This document shows, in pieces, positions 1-12,320 of a stretch of DNA of 64,000 nucleotides. Made by a program: the position numbers and the translations under genes. The stretch covers positions 620,001-684,000 of the forward strand of contig CDPCPM010000370.1 of the NCBI GenBank assembly GCA_976551045.1. The letters are read 5' to 3'. The notes under the pieces are model-generated. The model made no database searches. It was not told the DNA's origin and was given only the letters and a program-made list of their open reading frames with translations. Each line of letters starts with the position of its first letter. Within the stretch, counting starts at the first letter, position 1. The DNA is from Glaucostegus cemiculus. Lineage: Eukaryota.

Positions 1-451
1 AATCATCAGCTGGGAATGTGAACTTATACTAGTATTTTTGTACCCAGTGACCAGTGACCTTCCTGAGGATCAGGCTATTCCGCAGGAGAAAGACTGGCAG
101 CCAAATCTGCAGACTGCCAGAGGTGGAAGCTATCCATCTCCCAGGACATGTCCGACACCTTCATGTCACATGTGCCAATGAAGTTTCGGCTTGGAATAGC
201 GCCGAAGCACGCCAAAGGGACGATACGTAGAAAATGTTTTGTTCTTATTGGTGAGTAGCACTAAATTTGTCCTCAGTAAGCTTAAACACTCGATCACAAC
301 TCAGGTACGGACACCTCCTTCGACCACTGCCAAACCCCGCGCGCGCTGCCCATTGAAAAGACCCAAGACCGAAGACCGAAATAAATCAAAATGCACGTCA
401 TAAGAAAAACATGTTATTTCTTTATCTCATGCTTGTTTGAGAGGAACTCAC

Positions 452-494
452 CGATTAAGCACATATGAAGCATGAAAACAAGGAGATAAACCAT
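452..494 (-). pseudogene. Orphan TCR-V-type leader exon (MVYLLVFMLHMCLI-G); the downstream V exon (~34-370) is at best a heavily decayed relic
   Basis: ATG, 14 mostly hydrophobic codons, then a phase-1 G|GTGAGT donor, the same layout as the other leaders here. Downstream there are only traces (LAVVEGG.., FSCG) and a nonamer-like ACAAAAATA near 33-41 with no good heptamer. Confidence 0.45.
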
Positions 495-959
495 CGTGTC
501 GTCCCGGGAGCGAATAGTGCGTTGACTGGAAGATTGAGGCTGTGTGCCGGGATTGGTCTATGAGATTGTTCCTCAGAGCTGGAGAGAAACACTTTCAGTA
601 GCAGAGTTCATTTGCCCAGGGCGGTGTCCTGGATATTACTGGCTGAGTGCTGTATGAAAATGAGGCAAGGTTGAGGAGGGATCTTCAGTTTTCTGACTGA
701 TATTTGGGCGTTGATACCAACGTAACAGCTCCATTCACGGTAATATGATGCAACAAAGGTCATGGTGGGAGGGGTTAGGGCGTCTTTTCATTGGCGGAAT
801 ATTACTTAAGTATAAGCACAACGATGATGGGATGTAGGATATGTTGCAGCTGGAATTTGGCATCCTGTGGAGCCGCAGGATCTGAGAACTGACAGACAAT
901 TTGAGCCAATAGAAAAGATCTGCAGCTTATTTATTGTAAGTTAAAGATTCGAGTGGCAG

Positions 960-2265
960 AGCGTTCGTTTGTTCCCTACCATTTCGTATCAAGATCTTCT
1001 GCCGCCAATTTATGCAGAATGGGTAACATCGCGTTAATAGAATCGACTTGTTGTTCAGAGGACCATTCACGTCTGTTGAAATGCCACCATTAATGCAGGA
1101 CTTGGTGTAGTAATTGAGAATCTTCTGCATATATCCATGTCCTTCAAGAGTAATTCTTGGGTCACTGAAATTGAACAGGTCGGAACTGTGATTGCTTGCA
1201 AATTGCATAAATGCAAAGTTCATAACATAAAACAACCAGTAAGTTGGAAGACTACCCGAGATCGCTATCAGTAAATCAATCGACTTCCTCTTGATCTGCG
1301 ACTTGTGGTAACTCTGCTTGTCTCCATTGCTCTGTGACCCGTGCCTCCAGTGGACTCCACGATCCGCTGCAATGCGTCTGACCGTCAGAATACTGAGCAC
1401 CAACATTATCAGGAACGGTTCGCATGTGTTAAAGTTAAATTTCTGAATTTATTTTCTTTTAGTTTTATTTACAGCTGGTAACAGGCCCTTTCGGCCCAAC
1501 GAGTCCGCGCCGACCCTTTTAAACCCCCAAATTAACCTACCTGTACGTATTTAGGAATGTGGGAGGAAACCGGAGCACCCGGTGGAAACCCACGCAGGCA
1601 CGGGAGAATGTACAAACTCCTTACAGTCAGCGACGGAAATCGAAACCCTATCGCTGGCGCTGTAACAGCGCCGCTCTAACCGCTACGCTATCGTGCAATA
1701 TTGCCATTCATAAAATCCGCATGCAACTGGAGTATAACAGATTTATTTTATACTACAGTACTAGAGCACGTTATCAATGACATAAATGGTTTCAAGTATA
1801 ATGCAAAGATTGACGTGCTTCAAACAGCCCATCATGCAAACTGTTCCTAGAATGACAGCAACAATTTTATCGGTGCAATATTTGAGTTGCAGCTGGTGGC
1901 AGCAAATGGCTATGAAGTGACTTAATGTTACCGGTACCTCCACAGAAACGTCTTTGGGAGTCCGGCTGAGGACAATGACGGGTCTTCAGGCCAGAGTACT
2001 GTCCAGTAAACTGACAGGGAAATCATTAACCCGAATGTGATGCTGAGATTACAGTGGTTAGAATGGTCAGGAAATCCGCTACTGCCATGAACACCAGGGA
2101 GTTTAACAGGAACGAGACTCACCAATAAAGATCGGCAGGCCTTGTGATATCACATTGCATATAATCACGGAAACGTCCGCCGTTTCCATGGCCACCCGGT
2201 AACGAGTGATACATTTGGACCGTACTTTCCAGTGAACAGGATCACCATCGCCACGAAGTTCACAA
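960..2265 (-). pseudogene. GPR139-like class A GPCR pseudogene (family expanded in cartilaginous fish), frameshifted and split by a SINE
   Basis: Collinear fragments in different frames: VNFVAMVILFTGKYG and SKCITRYRVAMETADVSVIICNVI (TM1-2), HFIAICCHQLQLKYCTDKIVAVILGTVCMMGCLK (TM3-4), PFLIMLVLSILTVRRI..SNGDKQS..KRKSIDLLIAISGS..W..YVMNF (TM5-6), DPRITLEGHGYMQKILNYYTKSCI (TM7). These resemble chondrichthyan GPR139-like proteins as I recall them. In-frame stops are present. Confidence 0.75.
1453..1695 (-). mobile_element. tRNA-derived SINE (V-SINE/HE1-like)
   Basis: Contains the core GTGGGAGGAAACCGGAGCACCCGG..AAACCCACGCA and a tRNA-like head (TAGCGTAGCGGTTAG..) on the - strand. Homologous copies at ~20420, ~24950 and ~40240. 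Confidence 0.8.
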
Positions 2266-3889
2266 GGGTGAGGTGAAAGAAAGTCAGATCCGTGAAACAA
2301 GTGAAAATACAACTAATTCTGAAGTGATGAAATGCTGGAAAGAAAGAGCTTGTCATGGAATTTGGAACCTCTGAAACGATGTGGTGGGATTCCTTGATTT
2401 GACCCTCGTTATCGACACACTGTCCAGAGCAAGGGTTCTAAGTTGCTGCCACCAGTGAAGCAAACGTCCATAGTTTAGACCTATCGTGGTGTAATTGAGC
2501 AATTTACACACTCGTTCAACACACACACACACCTTGTCTCACCGCAGTGACGCCGGGTGATCCAATTCATTCATTTGCATAAGAATCGGTTACGTTCTCA
2601 ACTTAAGCCGCTAGAAACATCACGCCAGCAACATCTGAGCAGCACTAAAAGCAAAGAAACGTGAAAGAACAGTCATCGCCTGGATTGGATGAAATTGTCG
2701 ACTGCTGTATGGAATTCATGCGTTCGTGAATATGTCGACAATTAAATAGGGATAAAGGTTGGGCTTCCTTCCAGCGTCATTGGTAAGAACACCTGAATCA
2801 ATCGTCCAGGTAGAAGGATTATCCACTGTCTGTTTACAACCGTCACAATATATCTTTAATATTTTACGTGTCGCAACATCCTTTAATCTTGTATGAATTC
2901 CACCACGCAAATCTACCAACAAAATGGAGTACCTACCGAGTGCTCAGATTGCAGCCAGATCTGGATAACAGACAGTTTCCCTCACCATTCTAGAAATCAG
3001 TTCTTCTCTGCTCAATGGCTTCTGTTTGGTGCTGAATGACGGACAACTGCAGATGTCGGTCAACAAAACAAGTTAAACCATGAGATGTTTACAGTTTGAG
3101 TACAGTTCCACGCGCCAACACCAAAGGATTTTCGGCGTACAAAAATGCACGGGCACATTAAATGTCCGATGACTGCCAACTCAGTACGCTCATTCTAAGA
3201 ATGTTTATTCGAGTCTCTATTTAATTTTTGCGATTCCAATGTCGTTAACGTCTTTCTGCCTCTGCGTCTCTCATAGTTTTTCAAATGTGACCAGCACCTT
3301 GATCTGTGGAGTACGGTAGTTCGCTCCCATGCATGCTGAGTGTGTATATGGAAGTGGCAATAAAACGGATTCTGATTCTGATGCTGAAAATACAGAAGGG
3401 CAATGAAATCAACATCTGCGGACATTACCTCCGACTTTTGCGCAAGCAGGATTTCAGTCTCATTTGATGTTGAGTGAGAGAATTCATTATGGCCACGAAG
3501 ACATCGACCAGCTGAGTACCTGGTGGAAGAACACGGTGTAAGATTAAGGTCACTTTATGTTCTTTCGTTCTTCAGGCATTACGGGTAAACAATATGAAAA
3601 TCAGTTACATTAGTGTAATATTTTCACTTGCATTTCATATCATCCCATTCGCAGATCATTTTCACGATATGCATCGTCCACGTGTGCGATTCGGCAGAAC
3701 TTGCTGGCCATTATTCCAGCGCCTTTATCTATTATCATTTTTGCATTGATTTCTCATAGGGTACATAGCATACAAACTGACGTCAGGTGTAACGTGAAAT
3801 CATGCATGCCATCGCACAGTTTAAAAATTTAATTGCATATTAGAAATGTGTGGTTATGTCCAATACACTGATAAAAAGGAAACTTGTCA

Positions 3890-5460
3890 TCTAAAGAGAG
3901 ACTTGGCCTGGTGCTATAATGATTATATCAATTAAGGCGCAGAATTTACCTGGTGTAATTGAGATGTGGGTGAGAAGCCACTGATATACTATTCTGTCCT
4001 CTATTAAAACGACAAACGTGATTGAAACTGGATGATATACAGGTACTGACAACAGTAATGTCATGTGTAGTGACATGGTCGATTCTCGTCGGGACTATCG
4101 TGATAACAAAAATAGTAACTTATCTGAATCTTATCAGGATTGGGTGAATGTTAAACGAAAAGCCATATCATTTAATCATGCGTCGTCTGATACGAAGAGT
4201 CCGTGGGCCTGATGGAAAATAGTCGAGCGAGGTGTGAATGGAGATCCTGGCTCTTATGACAAAGGAGAGTGTCGTATGAAAAATATGTTGTAACGACCAG
4301 GTTAATGTAAAATAGACCTTGGTAATATGAACCAACGCGGCAACCGCTGTAAAACCGACGAGAACACAAAATGAACACAGATCTTCGCATGTGTTGTATG
4401 ATATGTTCCATATGAGGAGTGAACATCGGTGGTGTAACAATATAATAACAGCGATTGAATATTGAATAGAACAGAGAAGTGTGTTATGAACCGTGACCTA
4501 TTAACAGACGGTTCGTCGAATATGTGTTAGGTCCCCCCTTGTTACATGGATTGGGTTTAGGTTCTCATCGACAGATGTAGAATGACATTAGTACATGAAC
4601 ATTTTATTTTTAGGGTGGATCAGATTAAAAACGTGATTTCACCACCTGAAAACGGACATGCAAAGTGAACGTGAGTGGGCAAGTGGTACCGGCATTACAG
4701 TTATTTGAAGAACGAAGTGCTCATTGTAACCACTGCTGGGGGAATTGCTGTTTCTGCAGAGGTTGGGTCTGAACTAGCAATAAATGGTTTCATTTAAGTT
4801 TGAAAAAATACCACAAAAATAATCTGCTGGTGTAATTTGTGAAATCACTGAATGTTCATTGCTCAACGTAATCCAAATTAAGGTGTTATTGAATATAATG
4901 GACTGATTTAAAATAGGAATTGTCATAGGGAGAAGAATAAAGGCTTCAAAAAGCACTGTCATGACTGGTGCAATATGTGGTCAGGGAGTCTGGTGTAACA
5001 TGGACATGAGTTATTGAAATGACCACGTCTTCTTGAATGGACCACGTGTCATCGTGTAAAGGAACCCAGTTCCGTGTGATGGCGACTAGTTCGGCTTTAA
5101 TCAATACTTCCTTTCGCAAGATGACGAACAAAATAACGCGACTGCAGTTATGATCCACTGTAATAGGAAGAAGTTTTAATATAAATAGAGGGCTCGTGCT
5201 GTAATAATAACAACTATCAAATGAGTCGTGATTAGGCCAAATGCAACAGGAGGTGACGTAAAATGAACATCTGTTTAGACCGAATGCAATTGGGAGAGAA
5301 TGGCTTCATCAAACACTGCGCTGAGTGCTGGCGATATCCAGCAATGGAAACGGAGTCAGCGTTTGTTTATGTGGAGACGACTATATAATGAACCAGATTG
5401 CAACCAGATTTGTAGTAACGTGTATAATGTAAGCGGAGTCTGAGACTTACCTTATAATAC
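3890..5460. repeat. Highly degenerate ~42-bp satellite block (reverse orientation)
   Basis: Recurring GTGACTGG/GGCCTGGTG/ATGAAC motifs match the reverse complement of the unit at 26700-28780. Boundaries approximate. Confidence 0.5.
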
Positions 5461-6029
5461 TGGCTATCATCAGTACCATACAGAATGATTTGTCATGAAA
5501 ACTAACAGAGCAAAGGAAATGAAGACCCATGTAATGTTTAGACTCCTTGTAGAAAAGTCGACTTTCATGGGGTCTTTCCTTGGCATGCTACGAGCCTTTA
5601 TGTGAATAAATGCACAGCCCAATGTCGTTGGACAATTCAAATACATGTACAAATGGGGCAATAGTGACTACCAGAGATGGAACAGCAAGTGAGTTCAGCA
5701 AAATAGAGATTCTGAAATATAAAAGTGATAGGAGTGAAACAAGGAACAGTGAATCGGACGAACGGACCCCACAATTGTGTTTTACTCCATGATTCCTTGA
5801 TTCGGGATACACAAGATTGCCTATGACCGTAAAATGTGGACTTTGCCGTTGCGAGAACAGCCGACACGGAGCGATTACTGCTCTAAGATTTGCTCAGCTT
5901 CATCAGTGGGTAGAGCGACGGTCTGTTAAATTTCTATAACTCTGGATCACCGTCCCTGACACAAGCCGGCGTTACCTACAGTGTTAACGGGCAGCGCGGA
6001 GATCCAGACGGCGGCAGGATATTGCAAGC

Positions 6030-6492
6030 GGGGAGTTCATTAGTTTCCATCACATTAAATCTCAGAGTGTAGAAAAAAAATGTCTGCTGAGTCGCCCAGC
6101 TGAAGCCCCGAGACTGTAAAGCCGGGAACATATCTCAGCTGTGGAAAGTCGTAGAATTGGACTGAAGACACAACCGGCGCTCAGAGCTTCCACCACAATG
6201 CAGCAAAATACCGGAAAACGACCGGTTTCACCAGTCTGGAGAGGCAACGGTAGAGGGGGATCTTCTTTCAACAGTTTTCACCAGACAATCTGGTCAATAC
6301 ATTCACCGGTATCCCCGATTCGTCAGTGGTCAGAATTTGGCGCTTTCTCTGCTCCGTCCCGGGTTCAGTTCCTTGGTCAGCTCAAACGGAATTTTGTGCC
6401 TTTGTTCCAACTAAGGTTCTTGTTCCGGATTGTTCTTCGATAACACACTGCAATTTCAGCGCCAGCACCTGAACCGCCACTTGCCCATGCAC
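6030..6492 (-). pseudogene. TCR V pseudogene interrupted by a tRNA-Glu-derived module
   Basis: The 3' part reads STAEICSRL/FTVSGLQLGDSA..F..YTLR, followed by a decayed RSS (TAATGTG-atggaaac..). The 5' part reads ag|HGQVAVQ..LKLQC..LSWNK. The middle is occupied by the tRNA relic and its flank. Confidence 0.5.
6312..6383 (+). pseudogene. Degenerate tRNA-Glu(TTC) relic
   Basis: TCCCCGATTCGTCAGTGGTCAGAATTTGGCGCTTTCTCTGCTCCGTCCCGGGTTCAGTTCCTTGGTCAG aligns to the intact gene at 29510-29581. The stems are broken. Confidence 0.7.
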
Positions 6493-7376
6493 TTTAAAAT
6501 TGACGTCACTGTGAAAAAAAACCCATAGGATTAAAAACAACATTTGGTGTTTTGTTTCTGTTTCCGTTTCCACAGATGCCGCCTGACCTCTTGAGAGTCT
6601 CCAGCATTTTCTGTGGTTATTTCGGATTTCCTGCAGTTGACGTTTTGTTCGTCTTTTCAAACGTTCTCCATTGGCCATTTATGTCTTTGTGTCGGACTAA
6701 ACTATTTTCAGAACATGCTTTACAGTTCTTTCACACAAAGCACAAAATAAAAAGAAGTAAAGGACTGAATTAGGTAACTTGAACCAAATGTTAAAATAAG
6801 AAAGATAGCGGGGCCGGCACTGATTGAAGTAAGAAGACACGTCGTAAATTCGGCCGTGGCTGAGACAATAAATGCGTTTTGTTCAAAGCAGCGAAGATTT
6901 GATCACTGGACAGAACATGAAATGTGCCGTTTTCAATCAGTGTCAAAATTAAAAGACTGTGAGTGCTATTAAATCACTGAGTGCTGGATTATTTATCGTG
7001 ATAACTTATGCTTCAAGATTGCAATCGTAATCAGTAACTCGACGGGCTTGTTCAGAATACCTAAAATACATTTGTTTTATCTACAACCAGTTGATTTTTG
7101 CATGTTCATTGATACAGTCATCATGAGGACACAGTGGCGGCATAACAGCTGCGGCCTTAAGTTCCAACATCGGAGATCTGCCCAACCAACTGAATACAGC
7201 TCCCCGTTTGAAGCACAGAATGCAGCTGATGACACACCAAAATGGAAGGTAAGATCCACTTCAAAATCTCACACTGGAATCCATGTAATTATGGCCGCTA
7301 GGTGACGCAATAATTCACACTGCTGAATTGTCTGCCGCTGGATCCCTGTGTCCATGCTGTTAAATCGGGACGACAC

Positions 7377-7512
7377 NNNNNNNNNNNNNNNNNNNNNNNN
7401 NNNNNNNNNNNNNNNNNNNNNNNNNNNNNNNNNNNNNNNNNNNNNNNNNNNNNNNNNNNNNNNNNNNNNNNNNNNNNNNNNNNNNNNNNNNNNNNNNNNN
7501 NNNNNNNNNNNN
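7377..7512. other. Assembly gap
   Basis: Run of N. Confidence 1.
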
Positions 7513-7984
7513 TGCTACTCAGATATTGCTTTGACTCAAAACGACACGAATTCGAAATTTCAGTGGAGCTGCGTCGATTGTTCAGCACAGGAAACGTCGT
7601 CTGCCATCCAAAATCATTGCGCCAGGAAGTATCTCCAAGCGTTCACCCATTGGTCAGTGTGTATGTCAATCAATCCACCAGAGAAACAGAATGTTTCAGC
7701 AATGAGTCAAATTGGGTGCAGTAGGGATCTCCGAGTCTATTCCTGATGGCTACTCATCCAAGGAAGGGACAAGCGCATGTTTACACAAAAAGAGCACGGT
7801 GACATACCGTAGTGTATCGATTGTGACTGGGCTGTTGCAGAGAGAGCGGAGTATCTATTTCAGTCAGCAGTAACCGAGGCTGGTGATGTGACAACACAGA
7901 GAGGTCCCGATATAACTGATACTTGGCAATGTGCAGAACACGGGGAAAGATGAAGGACAACGTAAACATGCTGGCGATTCACTC

Positions 7985-8177
7985 NNNNNNNNNNNNNNNN
8001 NNNNNNNNNNNNNNNNNNNNNNNNNNNNNNNNNNNNNNNNNNNNNNNNNNNNNNNNNNNNNNNNNNNNNNNNNNNNNNNNNNNNNNNNNNNNNNNNNNNN
8101 NNNNNNNNNNNNNNNNNNNNNNNNNNNNNNNNNNNNNNNNNNNNNNNNNNNNNNNNNNNNNNNNNNNNNNNNNNNNN
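7985..8177. other. Assembly gap
   Basis: Run of N. Confidence 1.
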
Positions 8178-8319
8178 ACTTGGACAGGGTTAATCAAACA
8201 AGAAACAGACACAACAACAAAATCAGAACTTCCTCAATTGTGCTCCATAAATCACTTCAGGGCACTTCGGGGACTGCCACGATTGGTCCCAGCCTAGCAT
8301 GAACAAGCTCTGAGCGTGG

Positions 8320-9460
8320 CGTTAGAGGGCTCAGGTTAAAATGAATAGTGTCTGGGCATGGCCTTTCAGGGCCCAGTGTAACATAGAAACAGTGATGTGG
8401 ACAGTGACTGGGCATGCCCTGTTAGGGCCTAATGTAACAACAAAGCTACAAGTCCGAGCAATATGGATTTCGTACTGGCTTAAGGAACCTATTGTAGCCT
8501 GAAAATTGTTGGAAGGCCTCGTGTTATTCAGCTAAAAGTCATGTGAATAGAAACTGCGCCTTATGTTACTATGTCCAGTGCATGATGAACATTGTTTGGC
8601 TGTAATGTTATTATGGTCGAGTTTAATTGGAACTGTGAGTGGGCGGGCTGTTTTTCGGTCAAGGGATCCATGAACATCAGCTGGCTCTGGTATTACACGG
8701 CCGAATGTCATGTGATCAGTGACTGAGAATGGTTTCCTTGTGCTGGTAGAACACGAGAAGTGACTGGGCCTGGTGTTGTTGGTCCTCATGTGACACAAAA
8801 ACGTGTTAGGCCACGTGTATTTCTCTTTTGTCTGCAGTATTAAGATGACTAACTATGTCATGGAGTTATAAGACCGAGATCAACCATGAACTGTGGCTGC
8901 ACTGGTGTCACGTGCCCAAGTGGATTATGAACAGAGATTGTGACTGGTGCTGAAGAGCCCACTTCAACACAAGTGGTAGGTGATCCTGGTAAAATATTCA
9001 GAAATATTCTGGAATCTGTTCATTTTCAGCAAAGGGCATGATTTTCTCATGCAGGACAACGGTTCGAATTTCAGCATGTCTACAGCTGGTGTAAGCGCGA
9101 AATCTGTGGTGTGAGCAGTGAGCGGGTCTAGTGCTAAATGGCAAGTGTAATATGAACAGTTACAGCACCTGGTGTTATACGATCCAGCATAAAATGAATA
9201 TGTGAGCAGTTCTTATGTCAAGTGACCCAGTTTAATATGAACAGTGACATGCCCTGTGACTATAGTATCTATGTTTCTCATGAAAATTGTCCGTGCAGAT
9301 GTTACTGGGATAGATATATCTCACCATTGATGGGATTGATGCAATAAGAACAAACGTAATTTGAAGCGAGATCAGACCTGATGAATCAAGTATCTCTGGG
9401 AAATGAAGTGTGACTGGGTCTAGAGGAAAAGGGATCAGTGTGAAAGGGTTCAGTGTGAAA
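8320..9460. repeat. Degenerate ~42-bp satellite block (reverse orientation)
   Basis: Units such as GGGCCCAGTGTAACATAGAAACAGTGA, GTGACTGGGCCTGGTGTTG and GTGTAATATGAACAGT. Confidence 0.65.
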
Positions 9461-11026
9461 TGATTGTGTATTCCTTTGATATATACTATCAGCATACCGT
9501 TGAGTGTCCGGATCCCAGGTTAAGTGGATGTAAATCAAAAACGAGAGGACTTAATGAACAGATCCTCTCTATGGAAACGTTAACCTCAGAGATATTCCCC
9601 TTGCCCGATTCAGTCAGATCCAACACGATCTTCTCTAATCTATAAAACCTCTTTCCTCTCTTTCGCAGTTCTGACCAAGTGTCCTCGACCTGAAACTTCA
9701 ACTCTTACTTCTCTGCCACAGAGGCTGCCCGACCTTCTGTTTAAAACACTTCTTGTTTTCATTGCTAATCCCAGGTGTCCGGTCTGACGAGTGAGGACAT
9801 CCGTTTCTGCAGCGAATTGGAATGAGTGACAGACACCCCTGCCCTGCATCCGCTGCACCGGAGTCCAAGCAGGAATCTCCCTCTAAGCAGACTTTGGCCA
9901 AGCCGCCAGAGCCAATCAGACGGCAATATCCCAAAAGGGATCTGTAAAGAAAGACGGTAAGACATTGACAGGGCACATGGTTGTAGACTGGTTAAACGTC
10001 TTTTCTTAATCTCTGTGCACATTTCCTGTCCAATTTCCAACCAAAGAAAACTCAATCTAAACTCATCGGTGTGGACTTTCAAGAGGACGTCTTCACAATT
10101 AGTGCAGTCACCGTGGAGACCTGAGCACAGAATGGGAGCTGGTGGGAATTACACCAGAGCGATTGCTTCCCCTGTGGAATATAGGTCCATGACTGCAACA
10201 TCTCAATAATAAACAGTGAGGTTTGCAACTATTAAAATATCCTGGGTCTGTAGACGTGTACAGTCAGCAACCAAACCTTCTTCACGGACCAATGTATAAT
10301 TGGTCCTCTCTCCACCTTTACTGCGATGCATGCTGAGAGAGAAGAGAATGTTCAGGGAGCGGGACGGAGAAAGAGGGAAAGAAAGAAATGAATACTGACT
10401 TGTCCAACAGTGCTGGAGTGCTGGCCGGGAAATGTAACTTGAATGTTATATCGAATGTTGAACGAGAGTGTTGGAAAATGTGCAGGCGCACAGCTTGCGC
10501 AGGGAGAGGGAGAGAGGGTGGTGGGCAGGACAGAGGGAACATATCTGATGCATTTGGCCAGGCATGTTGTTGTATCCCGTTTTTTTACAAAGCTTTCCAA
10601 TACAGAGATAATCAAGGGCCGTTTGCGGGATTCAAGAAAGAGTTATGGCCAAGATCTCATGACGCCGCTGCATTAGATATTAACGAGAAGCAAAGGAGAT
10701 TGGCGGCTTCAGATTAGCGAATAACACCCCCAAACACTGAACGTCAGAGGAATGTGGGTGGGGCTGTCACATCGGGTTCATAGAGATCCCAAGCCGAAAA
10801 GCAGTCATTAAGCGAACCTCTCCAAACCTTTCGGTTCCTCACACAACACACGGCCACTGACCCGGGAATCGTGCGGTCCTTTGCTAATCTCCTGCACACC
10901 GGCCGATGGAAACAAGCCAGACTGACTAAGTGTTCCAGCCAGTTCTGTGGGGTTGTAGCCGGAGAGTTCCAGGGCCGCGGGCTCCAGCTCCCCGTCACAT
11001 AAACGATCTACCCCGGAGACAGAGCA

Positions 11027-11499
11027 ATGGCGATCTTCCTGGTGTTCATCCTGTCCCTCTACTTACGTGGTAAGTACCGCCCACACTGGACATGTTATAA
11101 ATAAAACAGACTGAGGCCATTCTGGATTTTAAACACTATCCCGGTTTTAGCCCCATTCCGTACTTCTCCTCTGAATCCCATTTATCTTGCCCTACGTTTA
11201 ATTTCCAGGTTTCTTCAGCCAATCAGTGACCCAGAGCCCGACAGCGGTGACCAGGAAGGAGTGCCAGTCTCTCACCATTACCTGCCGTTTCCAGCTTGGT
11301 TATAGCGACAGTTATTATTTTCAGAATGGACAGTTCTTCAAACAGACCCAGTCCATGACACAGTGGGAGCGCATCACCGGCGGGGGACGATTCATTGCAT
11401 CCACGGATACCGCTAAAAGAACTTTTACACTAGAAGTTCGGGATCTGAGAGTTGAAGACAGCGCCACCTATTACTGCAAAGCTGAGTACCTGTGGAAAG
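11027..11499 (+). CDS. NAR-TCR V segment (IgNAR-like V domain): leader exon 11027-11069, V exon 11209-11499
   Basis: Leader MAIFLVFILSLYLR-G|GTAAGT, acceptor TTTCCAG. V = FFSQSVTQSPTAVTRKECQSLTITCRF..GQFFKQ..ERITGGGRFIASTDTAKRTFTLEVRDLRVEDSATYYCKA. It has the VNAR-like short CDR2 region, GGR and DLRVEDS motifs, and an extra FR1 Cys (11262-11264). The frame is open and an RSS follows. Confidence 0.93.
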
Positions 11500-11537
11500 C
11501 ACAGTGAATGGTCTGGGTTTCCTGCAATACAGGAACC
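11500..11537 (+). promoter_or_regulatory. RSS of NAR-TCR V (22-nt spacer)
   Basis: CACAGTG-22 nt-ACAGGAACC. Confidence 0.9.
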
Positions 11538-11847
11538 TCACTGTAGATTTTATCGGCAACAGTTTAAGAATCGCGGTGATTTCACTGTTACAACCCAGGA
11601 TCCTCTTCCCCCATTTCCCCACAGTCTAGTTTATATCGAGATTTTGTCGTGGCCCTTCTCGCCATTTTAGTTAACCTGGTCGATCAACGGTGGGTCGTTG
11701 CTCTTTTCCCCAATGACCGGCGATTGGGAATGACCAACCTTTGTTCCTGCTCCTGAAGGTGAGATGTGGTCTTGGTCCAACATCTGCAACGAAAAATCAC
11801 TGGCTTTGTCCGTTGCAGAATTTACACTGTCTAGAGGAATTGCAGGG

Positions 11848-11918
11848 GAATTTTATGCTGACGTGAATTACTGTGTACGACATGGGAACTCACAGTGTTG
11901 GAGATCGAGGCAAAAACC
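11848..11918 (+). other. NAR-TCR D segment (coding 11876-11890, TACGACATGGGAACT) with 12/12 RSS
   Basis: GAATTTTAT-12-TACTGTG | D | CACAGTG-12-GCAAAAACC. Confidence 0.9.
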
Positions 11919-12232
11919 ACAGGGACAATGAAACATAATTCTCCGAGCTCGAATTCCAAATTATATCACTGACGGTATTCTTTCCTGAAGCTGAAATAAG
12001 TTCATTTCAATTTTCTGAACCTAGTTCCCTTCCTTTTCCAGTTCCCTCTGCTTATTTCACGCGCGCGTCCCCGGGCCCTGCTCTGTGTCCTTTCACTGTG
12101 CTTTTCAAGGGAAAGCTGGAAGCGACCAGAACAGTGAAATAAAGAATGTTTTTCGTTATTTTAAAATCGCTGATATATTTGATAATTCGCAGTCTCTCTG
12201 CTGAGATTTGTCCAGCAGGTTGATGTGAACGC

Positions 12233-12320
12233 GGTTTTTGTACATGTTGTATTGATACAGAGAGCACCGTGTTTACCAGATATGCAGATGGATCGGGAAC
12301 CGTGGTAACAGTCACGGTCG
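12233..12320 (+). CDS. NAR-TCR J segment (coding 12272-12320) with 23-RSS
   Basis: GGTTTTTGT-23-CACCGTG, then FTRYADGSGTVVTVTV (IgNAR-type DGxGT motif), then a phase-1 donor G|GTAAGT. Confidence 0.93.

Noticed and set aside
2109-2190. J-like GTRLT on + or a leader-like exon on -
   Set aside because: No FGxG motif or RSS; the sequence is explained as TM2 of the GPCR pseudogene.
7298-8302. ORFs spanning N runs (also 26048-26411)
   Set aside because: Artefacts of assembly gaps.
9775-10135. Possible IgH-like V relic (ag|GVRSD.., RQYPKRDL, CACAATT)
   Set aside because: Conserved Cys/Trp and a proper nonamer are not recoverable; too weak by eye.
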